Below are positions 49,931 through 59,285 of a DNA stretch of 64,000 nt, one piece after another. Below the pieces are notes generated by a model. The model saw only the letters and a list, made by a program, of their open reading frames with translations, was not told the DNA's origin and ran no database searches. Within the stretch, counting starts at the first letter, position 1; each line of letters begins with the position of its first letter. The stretch comes from Cordylochernes scorpioides. Lineage: Eukaryota. The stretch is from assembly GCA_030710605.1 (NCBI GenBank), contig CP092864.1, forward strand, positions 139,481,418 to 139,545,417, written 5' to 3'. Both the position numbers and the translations under genes were made by a program.

Positions 49931-49984
49931 ATTAGATCAGTTTAGAGAAAATCAGCCTACAACCAAATCTAAATTAAGCAAGCC

Positions 49985-50357
49985 TCTTCTTCTTCTTTCT
50001 TATCTCCACTCAATCATATTAGGGTATCAAGTTGTGACCCTTGATGGTGTCTGTTTGACAACCACCATGACTGGGTGAAGTAGAATACGTCTGCCTTTGT
50101 CATTAAGACTGGGAGCACTACTCAGTGGCAGGCCGACTTAGCTCCAAAAAAATGGCCGCCTCTGACATGAGGAACAGACGCCATGTGCAGCCGCTCCTAA
50201 CATGGAGTACAAACGCTGCTCATCCTGTATCCCTGGATTAGGAGCCCTTACAGTGTACATCAGTCGGGCCAGTTGAACCCAGGTTTTTTTAGCGAGCTTG
50301 TTACTGCTTCCCCTCCTCCTTTTTCATCCGGGCTTGGGGCCGGCAAAGGCAGAGTTT
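49985..50357 (-). mobile_element. SINE-like interspersed repeat (D family), copy 1; shares a GAGATAAGAAAGAAGAAG tail module with the tRNA-SINE
   Basis: About 95% identical to 60841-61207. On the minus strand it ends in a (GAA)n-like tail. A box-B-like CCTGGGTTCAACTGGCCC lies near its minus-strand 5' end. Confidence 0.5.
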
Positions 50358-50520
50358 AAGCAAGCCTTAAATGTAATAACAAGATAGAGACATGATGAGG
50401 CTCAAATTATGTAGGTATATTTTTTCTTAAATCTTTAATAATTTTTTTGTGAAATAATAGGTAAGAGAGAAGCCTTCTTGAACTTATATTTTTTAAAAAT
50501 GGTAAATATTCTCTGCAATA

Positions 50521-50703
50521 CAGTAGAACCTCCCTTTGGCGGACACCCTGCTAGCGAACACCTTTCTACAAAGGACAGTGTTTTCATATGCAAAATCACC
50601 ATTTTTACAATTTAGTAACTCTCTGTTAAGAGGACACCTCTCCGTAAAGGAAACTTTGGTTCTACAATTAGGTGTCCTTAACAGGGAGGTTCTACTGTAC
50701 AAC
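50521..50703. mobile_element. Tc1-type MITE (183 bp) with terminal inverted repeats CAGTAGAACCTCCC flanked by TA
   Basis: TA|CAGTAGAACCTCCCTTTGG ... CAGGGAGGTTCTACTG|TA. A solo copy of the same terminus sits at 61352-61368. Confidence 0.65.
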
Positions 50704-50911
50704 AGTTTCAAACTTAGGAAAGCTGACTTAATCAGTTATGAAAAAGCATTACCAAGAAAAAAAACTGGATTATAAACACAATTTTTGTGCTAAAGTAGAT
50801 AAAACACTTTATTATTAGACATAGGTGAATATATACAACAACATCAACTAACTCTGGGACAAATGTGAGAGGCTGTCCAATGGTAGATTGTTCTCAGACA
50901 ACAATAGCCCA

Positions 50912-51203
50912 TCAGTGATGTGAAGGTGAGGTACTGAAGGGGAAAGGAGCAGAAGGCAGGAGCTGTTTGCCCTGGAGGTAGAGCTGGAACTGCGCCAGGT
51001 GGTGCTGCGTGGTGTTGCGCAGGGCGCAGTACCCCAGCACCACCTCCAGGGCCACAAACACCCCCTGCACAGCGTCCAGTGCCAGCTCCAGTGGGAACAC
51101 CACCAGTACCTCGCAGGCCACCAGAGCACAGAAGAACGGCAGCTTCACCAGCACAGACATCAGCCAGAACCCTGCCAGCCGTGGGATCTGGAACACCTCC
51201 GGG
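50912..51203 (-). CDS. Putative terminal coding exon of a host multi-pass membrane protein gene (acceptor CTCTCTCTCTAACCAG|, stop TGA at 50912-50914, AATAAA about 105 nt downstream)
   Basis: Hydrophobic helix-rich translation ...EVFQIPRLAGFWLMSVLVKLPFFCALVACEVLVVFPLELALDAVQGVFVALEVVLGYCALRNTTQHHLAQFQLYLQGKQ... There is a polypyrimidine-AG acceptor at 51204-51205 and a poly-A signal (TTTATT on +) near 50806. It has no TE hallmarks. Confidence 0.45.
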
Positions 51204-51436
51204 CTGGTTAGAGAGAGAGATTGAAACTACTTTATTTCAAAGTCCATATAAGATTATATAAGGTAAAATACATAAATATGATTATATAATGATAAAAATA
51301 TGAATAAATAGATATAAATAATTGATAAATATACATATATATACAATATATATAGTTCATTGGTCTTCCTGGTTAACTTCATTGCCTCGCGATTGGGGCC
51401 GACGCCGAACAGCCATGCCTGAAGATCTAGGGGCTC

Positions 51437-52440
51437 ACCTGCCGGGGCAGGGGTCGCATGGCTAGGCAACTCAAAAATCTGTGGGTCAGCGACCCCTCGC
51501 TGGACTCACATTCGGCACAGGTGGACCCCGCCTCGAGGCAGGATAGAACTTGAGTAAGGATGCCGAGCAGAGTTCCTGGCACGCGACAGCTTCTTATACA
51601 TGGTGTTGCTAGTATTCCCTGTTAAAGCCATAAGCGTCGTGGCCAAGGTGTCGATGGCCATTCTCTGCTGGATGTTGGATTTGGCCAGAAGCTTGTCAAT
51701 GTCCAGGCCTTCTTCAATGAGCCTCTCTGCGAGCTGCACGCTGGAGAGGCCGACTAGGATGTGCCCCTCCATCTTGCTCAGCTGGTACACGCAGCCTTTT
51801 CCCAGCATCGCCTCCAGCGCCATGAAGTACTGCGCCTGGCTGAATTCTGGGGAGAATTCCAGGTAGGCACATTGGTCTACCTGACCGGCCACCGACTTGG
51901 CTCTGAAGTCTGTCTGTTTGTGCAGAGTTTTTGCGCACCTCTGCACTCTGGGCTTGTTCGCAGGGGGTGGAACAGTAGGCTTGGTGGCACCAGGATGGAC
52001 GCGGCCTCTTTTGCTCTGCCATTCTGCCGCCGCTTCAGCTGGCCTCTTGCGCTCATGGTTGACGAGGATGAAGCCATCATCTTGATCCTCCATCGGGAGT
52101 TGTTTGCCTTGTTCGACGAGGTCAGCCCAGCTCGTCGAAGGCATGCCTGTACCAGGCTGTAGTTCTTCGTAGTTCCCCTCAGTTACCACTGGGGCCTGAG
52201 GAGTGCTAATGGTATCAGCAGGTGTAGATAATGAATGGCTCTCAGCCAATGTAATCGCGTCTTGGAGGGGTGGGGAATCCCCCATGAAATTTAAAGAAAA
52301 TCTAAAAGAATAAAAATTTCAGGCTTAAAAATAGAACGCCAAAGAACACGCCACGCTGGCGGGGTTAAGCGGGAGCGCGCGCACGCATGTGCGCCTGTGC
52401 CGCTCGAGAAAGAGGTAAAATTAGACCACTAGTGAACCCT
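51437..52440 (-). mobile_element. ORF2-deleted copy of the LINE family (3' terminal hairpin plus an ORF1-like gene only)
   Basis: The 3' terminal ~95 bp (GCAACTC..CTGTGGG..CAGCGACCC..GGCAGGAT) matches 30973-31070. The ORF1-like region 51590-51700 matches 35300-35420. Confidence 0.6.
51506..52285 (-). CDS. LINE ORF1-like protein (259 aa), intact reading frame
   Basis: Shares a conserved block with the degenerate ORF1 region of the large LINE copy. No RT follows it. Confidence 0.5.
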   Translation of the reverse strand: MGDSPPLQDAITLAESHSLSTPADTISTPQAPVVTEGNYEELQPGTGMPSTSWADLVEQGKQLPMEDQDDGFILVNHERKRPAEAAAEWQSKRGRVHPGATKPTVPPPANKPRVQRCAKTLHKQTDFRAKSVAGQVDQCAYLEFSPEFSQAQYFMALEAMLGKGCVYQLSKMEGHILVGLSSVQLAERLIEEGLDIDKLLAKSNIQQRMAIDTLATTLMALTGNTSNTMYKKLSRARNSARHPYSSSILPRGGVHLCRM

Positions 52441-52492
52441 CTCAGCGGCTTCGCCAAATTAATCTCCAGACCACTCTACTATTATATTGGAA

Positions 52493-54004
52493 CTAGACGA
52501 ATGGCCCGGGCAACGCCCGGGGTTTACCCGAGTGCGAATATATTTTAAAAACGTTGTCTTGGGTGGTCGCTATAGACAGGGTGGTCTGTATAGACAGGTG
52601 TATGTATCACACTGCTGATAACAGGGTTGCCTGAAGTGACCGCTATAGACAGGGTGGTCTGTATAGACAGGTGATTGTAACACACTGATGATAACAGGGT
52701 TGCCTAAAGTGACCGCTATAGACAGGGTGGTCTGTATAGACAGGTGGATGTATCACACAGCTGATAACAGGGTTGTCTAGAGTGGCCGCTATAGACAGGT
52801 GTATGTATCACACAGCTGATAACAGGGTTGTCTAGAGTGGTCGCCATAGACAGGGTGGTCTGTATAGACAGGTGTATGTATCACACAGCTGATAACAGGG
52901 TTGTCTAGAGTGGTCGCTATAGACAGGGTGGTCTGTATAGACAGGTGAATGTATCACACAGCAGATAACAGGGTTGTCTAGAGTGGCCGCTATAGACAGG
53001 GTGGTCTGTATAGACAGGTGGATGTATCACACAGCTGATACCAGGGTTGTCTAGAGTGGCCGCTATAGACAGAGTGGTCTGTATAGACAGGTGGATGTAA
53101 CACACTGCTGATAACAGGGTTGTCTAGAGTGGCCGCAATAGACAGGGTGGTCTGTATAGACAGGTGTATGTATCACACTGCTGATAACAGGGTTGCCTAA
53201 AGTGACCGCTATAGACAGGGTGGTCTGTATAGACAGGTGAATGTAACACACTGATGATAACAGGGTTGCCTAAAGTGACCGTTATAGACAGGGTGGTCTG
53301 TATAGACAGGTGGATGTATCACACAGCTGATAACAGGGTTGTCTAGAGTGGCCCCTATAGACAGGTGTATGTATCACACAGCTGATAACAGGGTTATCTA
53401 GAATGGCCGCTATATACAGGGTGGTCTGTATAGACAGGTGGATGTAACACACTGCTGATAACAGGGTTGTCTAGAGTGGTCGCTATAGACAGGGTGGTCT
53501 GTATAGACAGGTGTATGTATCACACTGCTGATAACAGGGTTGCCTAAAGTGACCGCTATAGACAGGGTGGTCTGTATAGACAGGTGAATGTAACACACTG
53601 ATGATAACAGGGTTGCCTAAAGTGACCGCTATAGACAGGGTGGTCTGTATAGACAGGTGAATGTAACACACTGATGATAACAGGGTTGCCTAAGGTGACC
53701 GCTATAGACAGGGTGGTCTGTATAGACAGGTGGATGTAGCACACTGCTGATAACAGGGGTGTCTAGAGTGGCCGCTATAGACAGGGTGGTCTGTATAGAC
53801 AGGTGGATGTAACACACTGCTGATAACAGGGTTGTCTAGAATGGCCGCTATAGACAGGTGTATGTATCACACAGCTGATAACAGGGTTGTCTAGAGGGGG
53901 GCAGGGAGGTCACGTGTTCATCCGGCAGCCAATGGGCGCGCATTCTATCCGTGAGCTTCAGACATACAGACAAACAGACAGAATAAGGCAAATATATAAG
54001 TAGA
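52493..54004 (-). mobile_element. Helitron-like non-autonomous element carrying a 73-bp tandem array and a G-tract, CACGTG, CCAAT module
   Basis: On + it begins with a|CTAGACGAATGGCCCGGGCAACGCCCGGG (the reverse complement of a 3' hairpin plus CTAG). On + it ends with ...CAAATATATAAGTAGA (5' TCTACTTATATATT on -). Near the 5' end is GGGGGGCAGGGAGGTCACGTG..CCGGCAGCCAATGGGCGCGC. Confidence 0.65.
52560..53890. repeat. Minisatellite: about 18 tandem units of ~73 bp (CGCTATAGACAGGGTGGTCTGTATAGACAGGTGNATGTANCACACNGNTGATAACAGGGTTGNCTNNAGTGNC), with some 55-bp short units
   Basis: Direct reading. The minus-strand 62-aa MCYIHLSIQTTLSIA ORFs are repeat artifacts. Confidence 0.9.
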
Positions 54005-54065
54005 TGGTTTTCTTATATACCTGCATTTAATAAGGAAGGCAGCTTAGGGGTGTTTAGAGAACCTA

Positions 54066-54190
54066 CTAGCCAAATGGCCCGGGCAACGCCCGGGTTTTAC
54101 CCGATTAAATGCTTTTATTCAAATACTATTTGTTACAATTATAAATTGGCGCCGTGGATTCAATTCTTGTATAATATATAAATGAGTTTT
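54066..54190 (-). mobile_element. Truncated Helitron-like 3' fragment (the 38419-38868 subfamily in inverse orientation)
   Basis: a|CTAGCCAAATGGCCCGGGCAACGCCCGGGTTTTACCCGATTAAATG... matches the reverse complement of 38760-38868. Confidence 0.55.
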
Positions 54191-54209
54191 AAAAATTGTA
54201 AAAAAAAAA

Positions 54210-54280
54210 TGCATCGGCCGGGAATCGAACCCGGGCCGCCCGCGTGGAAGGCGAGCATTTTACCACTGAACTACCGATGC
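54210..54280 (-). tRNA. trnG-UCC: tRNA-Gly (anticodon TCC), 71 nt, with a downstream T(10) Pol III terminator
   Basis: The minus-strand sequence GCATCGGTAGTTCAGTGGTAAAATGCTCGCCTTCCACGCGGGCGGCCCGGGTTCGATTCCCGGCCGATGCA folds as a cloverleaf. It has a 7-bp acceptor stem, box A TAGTTCAGTGG, an anticodon loop CTTCCAC and box B GGTTCGATTCC. It is highly similar to metazoan tRNA-Gly-TCC. TTTTTTTTTT follows the 3' end. Confidence 0.85.
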
Positions 54281-55296
54281 TTATAAGAAATGGCCATATT
54301 TGGGTATTTATTCCATTCACACAAAAGCAAACGGTGACAGAATTAAGAATTGATTAATGACTCTGATACTTGTATTAATTAATGCTTATAGGTCTGTAGA
54401 GGTGCATACTTCAAGAAATTACATCGAGCAAAGCTCTTCAGCAAATATGGTTTTATATCAAAGCTATATGAGCTATAAATTAAATAACAACAGCATTGAT
54501 ACCATCTTCAGAGAAAAGTATTAAAATGGACTCTTCTTTCTTCTTCTTTCTTATCTCAAAGCCATGATAATCATGGTGGGTAGTTAGAGACTAAAATGGA
54601 CTAAAACTTAGATTCTAAAAAATTTTTGAAATTGGTAACAATTTTGTTATCGAAGGTAGCCTTTAATTATTCAATTGAGTTTTTCAATAATTTGAAATTT
54701 CTTTACATTGCAAGAAACTCTCATTGTCCCAGATTAGCATTGGACATTACTAGAAATTTAAACATACCACTTTTAGTTTTGGCTTTGCATACCACCAAAG
54801 GTGGCCTTTTATTTTTAGACCTCCTCTGGTAAATCTGCAGCCTGTTAAATAGGAAATTGATTGTACAGTTGAATATTGATTTGAAAAAAATGTGTCAGGT
54901 AACCAAAAGGTTTCGGTCTTAAATCATATCTGGATCTATATTTTATTAGTTACCCTACTGGAACTGTATTCAGGATCAATACACAATCAGTCTTAAATAC
55001 AAGGTGGTCTAAAATTCAGAGTAGGTCTTAAAACAAGAAATAACTGAATAAACTCACTCACTTAAGCAAGCTAACAAAATATTTTGTCTAAAAAAATGGT
55101 GGTTTTGAAATTAGCACTGTGTAATAAGTGAGAGCATTATGTGATGTGGAAAAAGATAAAGCACAATTTGGATTATAGATTATAGCTACAAGAAAATAAG
55201 ACCTAATCCAAATAAATTAATAATATGTGACATTTCAGTAACATCATTGTTACCATCATCAGACAAAAGAATAAATGATTTATTCTTTATTATATA

Positions 55297-55654
55297 CTAG
55301 ACGGGTAACCCGGGCTTCGCCCCGGGATTGACCCGTGTGCATATCTACCCGAGCGATATATATTTAGATAAGATTTTTTAAAATAATTTTTTGTTATTAG
55401 CATTATCTATTTGTTTGCATCAGCATAATTTAATCTAATCTTTGATAGAGGGCGCTGTTCGTGAGCTAAGTAGAATAATTTGAATATACAGTTTTAATAA
55501 TTGATTTATATATTTTTTAAAATAGCCTATCGTCTTCCCCGTATTTTTTTACCTATGTATGGAAATTTTGGTTTGAATTAGTGAACTACTGCGAATTTGT
55601 ATACCGGACATAAAAACAAACAAACATACAAACATTCATTTATATATATATAGA
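55297..55654 (-). mobile_element. Helitron-like non-autonomous element (358 bp), nearly identical to 60111-60466
   Basis: On + it runs a|CTAGACGGGTAACCCGGGCTTCGCCCCGGGATTGACCCG ... CATTCATTTATATATATATAGA. On - this is 5' TCTATATATATATAAATGAATG and 3' hairpin plus CTAG. Confidence 0.7.
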
Positions 55655-55830
55655 TATAACAGCATTGTTACCATCATCAAACAAAAGAATAAATGATTTA
55701 TTCTTTTACTATATATATAACAGCATTGTTACCATCATCAGACAAAAGAATAAATGATTTATTCTTTATTATATATATAACAGCATTGTTACCATCATCA
55801 GACAAAAGAATAAATGATTTATTCTTTATT
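55655..55830 (+). repeat. Tandem ~60-bp units x3 (TATAACAGCATTGTTACCATCATCAGACAAAAGAATAAATGATTTATTCTTTATTATATA). A fourth unit sits at 55240-55296 on the other side of the Helitron, and an inverted copy at 56139-56235
   Basis: Direct reading. The Helitron 55297-55654 interrupts the array. Confidence 0.8.
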
Positions 55831-55833
55831 ATA

Positions 55834-56138
55834 GGGGGGTTGGTGGAAGGATGGTCTAAACCGTTGGTTTACGACCGCTACGACCCGGGCTCGATTCCCA
55901 CATTGGGCACTTTTTTCTGATTTAAAAAAAATGCTCCAATGGCCCCTGATTCTTGTAAAAGTCCAACCCCACCAGCGAGGGCAAGTAACCAAACGGGGAT
56001 CTGGGACATTTGTAAGTGCAAAGTCGAACCGCTTTTCACATGTGTAGACATGTGGTGCACTTACAATAAAAGCAGTCGCCTTCTACCCACCATGATTATT
56101 ATGGCCTGTACCACGTGTACTAGGAATAAGCAAAAAAA
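55834..56138 (+). mobile_element. tRNA-derived SINE, copy 2
   Basis: About 93% identical to 44194-44503, with the same GGGGGGTYGGTGGAAGG head, GGGYTCGATYCC box B and an A-rich tail. Confidence 0.75.
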
Positions 56139-56409
56139 TAAATCATTTATTATTTTGTCTGATAATGGTAACAACGCTGTTAATGAAATGTCACACGCTA
56201 TTAATTTATTTGGATTAGGTCTTATTTTCAGTAATGTGTAAAAATTACACTCATGGACAAATTAAGGAAGTTCTACCTCCAAGCACGAGTTTCTTACTTT
56301 ATTTTATATTTTTTTCTCTAGCTTTCGGGTTTTACAAACCCTTCTACAGGAGTATGTGATAGGAAATAATTCAAGATACATTCATGCTTCAAAGCCATTT
56401 TATTCATTA

Positions 56410-56905
56410 CTAGCGGACATACCCGGCTTCACCCGGGTTTTACCCGAGTAAAAGTTTGTCTAACGAATCTCTCGATAAAGTGAACATTTTTTCCCGGTCC
56501 CTTTAAAAATACTCGATAAGTTGAATAAAATCAATATTAATTGGTTCCCTCGGTAATTGGAAGTTAAAGGAATAGTATCTTGACTTGGAATTGTATCATT
56601 ATTCTTGTCTCAAATAAATTGCCGTGTCATCCTGAATTTTGTCTTTCCTAATTTTCTACATTACAAAATCATCGTATCATCATGATAATATTTAGAGCAG
56701 ATTGTTGAATTATAACAGATAAATTAGAATATTTATCTTGATTATTTTTAGGCGAAAAGTTATTTCAAAAATTTTATTTGCTAGAAACCTTCCCAGTACT
56801 ATACTAAATACCTTCCCAAAGTTTCATGGCATTCCAATGAGTGGTTTGGTCAGGCATAAAGGACAGACAGACACACATACATTCTCATTTTTATATATAT
56901 AAAGA
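56410..56905 (-). mobile_element. Helitron-like element, inverted copy of 35930-36425
   Basis: Its reverse complement aligns end-to-end with 35930-36425. CTAG at 56410-56413; 5' TCTTTATATATATAAAAATGAGAATG at 56905. Confidence 0.7.
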
Positions 56906-56940
56906 TTCAATACTTGTATCCCAAAAAAAGGAGGACTTAC

Positions 56941-57081
56941 ATCAGAGTTGAGGTTCCCTGTGTAGCCCATGAACAGTCTGGGGGCCTCCGCCAACAATCC
57001 GACCATGAGGAAGAACATGTTCAGCAGGCGGTTGAAGTCATCCAGAAAGGGATACTGCCACAGGATTAAAACTTTCCCAGT
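56941..57081 (-). CDS. Putative internal coding exon of the membrane protein gene (acceptor CTGCAG|, donor |GTAAGT)
   Basis: Translation TGKVLILWQYPFLDDFNRLLNMFFLMVGLLAEAPRLFMGYTGNLNSD (141 nt, open). A consensus GTAAGT donor sits at 56935-56940 (reverse complement). The exon lies between a Helitron and the piggyBac. Confidence 0.35.
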
Positions 57082-57140
57082 CTGCAGTTAGTAATCCTGA
57101 AAATTTCAATGAGCCAAGTAAGCAGAGGCAATGATTTTAA

Positions 57141-59285
57141 CCCTTTAAGCGCCGAGGTAACGATCCATCGTTACCCTATAACGTCACCAGGAGCGCCGGG
57201 GTACCGATCTATCGTTACTTCCTTGTAGGGCCCCTCGTGGGGGAGGGGGTGGTGGCTGGCTATTTTTATCACCTCCCTTCTCACTTCTGGGCTTGTCTCT
57301 ACACGTTAGCTGTGTTTTTATCTCCTTTGTCTTGCGATTTCCTTTTTTTATTTTTAATTTTTTAAAAATGGCTTCCGGTTCAGAATGCTCTGCATTTTCT
57401 GAGGACACTGAAGTTTATTCTTTGTCTTCTGAGTTTGAAGAAAGTGTTGAAGACACTTTTGAAGATGAATTTTCTGATGAAGAAGTGGATGAAAACCAGC
57501 CAAGTCCTTGGGTAAGAGTTTATACTCCATTTTCCACATCTAAAACGTTGACTTTTGGAGAAGTTTGTGGCCCACAGCACCTTCCCCCCTCTATTATCCG
57601 GCCTATTGAATACTTTTTGTTATTCATAACAATTAATTTGATGAAGGAAATTGTGGCTTTTACCAATAAATGTGCCCAAACTTTATTGGCAAGCAATAGG
57701 GACAAATTGCCTCTATTTTCTAGGAAGCTGGCCTGGAAGGACACTACCTTGGATGAGATGATGGCCTTTATTGGAGTCATCTTCAATATGGGCAATGTGA
57801 AGAAGAACCAAATCAGGGACTATTGGAGCAAGAATGAACTTTTAGAGACGCCCTGGTTTGGTAAAGTTATGTCTAGAGGGAGATTTGAGTTGCTCTACAG
57901 CTGCTTTTCTCTGATTGATGACTCCAACCTGGTTCCAAGTTCTCATCCTGATTACAACCCAACTGCAAGATTTGAGAAGCTCATAGAGCATGTGAACAAC
58001 AAGTTTATATATTATTATAAGCCTACTCAAAATCTTACAGTTGATGAGAGCTTGGTGTGCCTAAAAAACCGAACTCGTCTTAGACAATATATGCCCCAAA
58101 AGCACCATGGTCGATTTGGAGTCAAACTGTGGATGCTTTGTGAATCTAAAACTGGCTATTGTCTGAGAATGAAGCCATATAAAGGGAAATTATCTCCAAT
58201 TATCAAGTCCCTTTCCTATGATGTTCCAATGAATCTGCTCCAGGAATCCAGTTTACTTGGAAAAGGTTATCATTTGATAACTGACAACTTTTTCACCAGC
58301 ATCAACCTAGCCAAGGACTTACTGGACAGTCATACTTATTTGACTGGTACTATAAGAACTAATAGGAAAGGACTTCCTAAAACCTTAAAAAGTGCAAAAT
58401 TAGGTGTTGATGAATCCCTTTATATGGTAAATAATAATCTACTGGCCCTGGCTTACAAAGAAAAGAAGAGCAAACCTCCAGTGAAGTTTCTCTCAACATT
58501 TTGTGATGCTTCTTCTGGCAAAAAGAAGGTGTCAGACCAAAGAGACTACCCACAGATGAAAATATGCTATGATAGCTACATGGGAGGGGTAGATCTCAAT
58601 GATCAAATGTTGTATACATATATGGATGAAAGAAAAGGAAGAAAATTTTATAGAAAGGTGATCCTCAACATCTTCCACAGGGCTTTCCTAAACTCCTTCA
58701 TCCTATATGAACAGCATACCAAAGACAACCCCAAGCTTTCTAGAAGGGCTTTTAACTATTCAGTAATAAATGAATTAGTTAAAAATCACTTGAAACCTCC
58801 AGTACTGCCTTCAACAAGCCAGGAAGTACTCGAAAAACTTCCAGAAAAGAGAGAGAGTAGATGTGTGGAGTGTACAAAAGAAGGCCTGAAGCGGAGGTCT
58901 AGAACCATATGTTCAAAGTGCAAGAGAGGCTTGCATCCAGTCTGTGCTTTTAAACACAAGTGTTAGCTTTGTAAATAGCCTTGTATATATCTAAAATTCC
59001 TTTTTATATTTGTAAAACCTTATTTTGAAAAATTCAAGTCGATTATTCAATTAATTATAATTAACCCCCAATTAAAAAATTAAATACTCACTCCAGTATA
59101 ATAAAATCAGAGTGTTGTGTTGAGAGAGGAGTCTGGATTATATTACACTTTACAGAACACTTCTATCTATCATATTTATTTATTTATAACATTTTTTACT
59201 TAACAACTACTTGATCATCAGTTTAGGCTTAATTAGTGTGGTCCTGATAGTGATAGTTAGCATTCGGGCCCTAGAGCTTAAAGGG
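57141..59285 (+). mobile_element. piggyBac-family DNA transposon (2145 bp) with TTAA target-site duplications and terminal inverted repeats CCCTTTAAGC / GCTTAAAGGG
   Basis: TTAA at 57137-57140 and 59286-59289. The terminal 10 bp are perfectly inverted, with partial matches beyond. A single intact transposase ORF lies inside. Confidence 0.85.
57368..58966 (+). CDS. piggyBac transposase (about 533 aa from MASGSECS), intact ORF with a DDD catalytic region and a C-terminal Cys-rich domain (CVECTKEG..CSKCKRGLHPVCAFKHKC)
   Basis: Conserved piggyBac blocks: DESLVCLKNRTRLRQYMPQKHHGRFGVKLWMLCESKTGYCLRMKPYKGK, GYHLITDNFFTS, LTGTIRTNRKGLP and YDSYMGGVDLNDQ. There are no internal stops. Confidence 0.9.
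   Translation: MASGSECSAFSEDTEVYSLSSEFEESVEDTFEDEFSDEEVDENQPSPWVRVYTPFSTSKTLTFGEVCGPQHLPPSIIRPIEYFLLFITINLMKEIVAFTNKCAQTLLASNRDKLPLFSRKLAWKDTTLDEMMAFIGVIFNMGNVKKNQIRDYWSKNELLETPWFGKVMSRGRFELLYSCFSLIDDSNLVPSSHPDYNPTARFEKLIEHVNNKFIYYYKPTQNLTVDESLVCLKNRTRLRQYMPQKHHGRFGVKLWMLCESKTGYCLRMKPYKGKLSPIIKSLSYDVPMNLLQESSLLGKGYHLITDNFFTSINLAKDLLDSHTYLTGTIRTNRKGLPKTLKSAKLGVDESLYMVNNNLLALAYKEKKSKPPVKFLSTFCDASSGKKKVSDQRDYPQMKICYDSYMGGVDLNDQMLYTYMDERKGRKFYRKVILNIFHRAFLNSFILYEQHTKDNPKLSRRAFNYSVINELVKNHLKPPVLPSTSQEVLEKLPEKRESRCVECTKEGLKRRSRTICSKCKRGLHPVCAFKHKC

Noticed and set aside
52917-53817. Six overlapping 62-aa minus-strand ORFs (MCYIHLSIQTTLSIA...)
   Set aside because: They are produced by the tandem repeat periodicity and are not genes.
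52560-53890. A regularly spaced 73-bp repeat array that superficially resembles a CRISPR array
   Set aside because: The whole 73-bp unit is repeated with no unique spacers. The context is eukaryotic (introns, tRNA, LINEs) and the array sits inside a Helitron-like element. It is a minisatellite.
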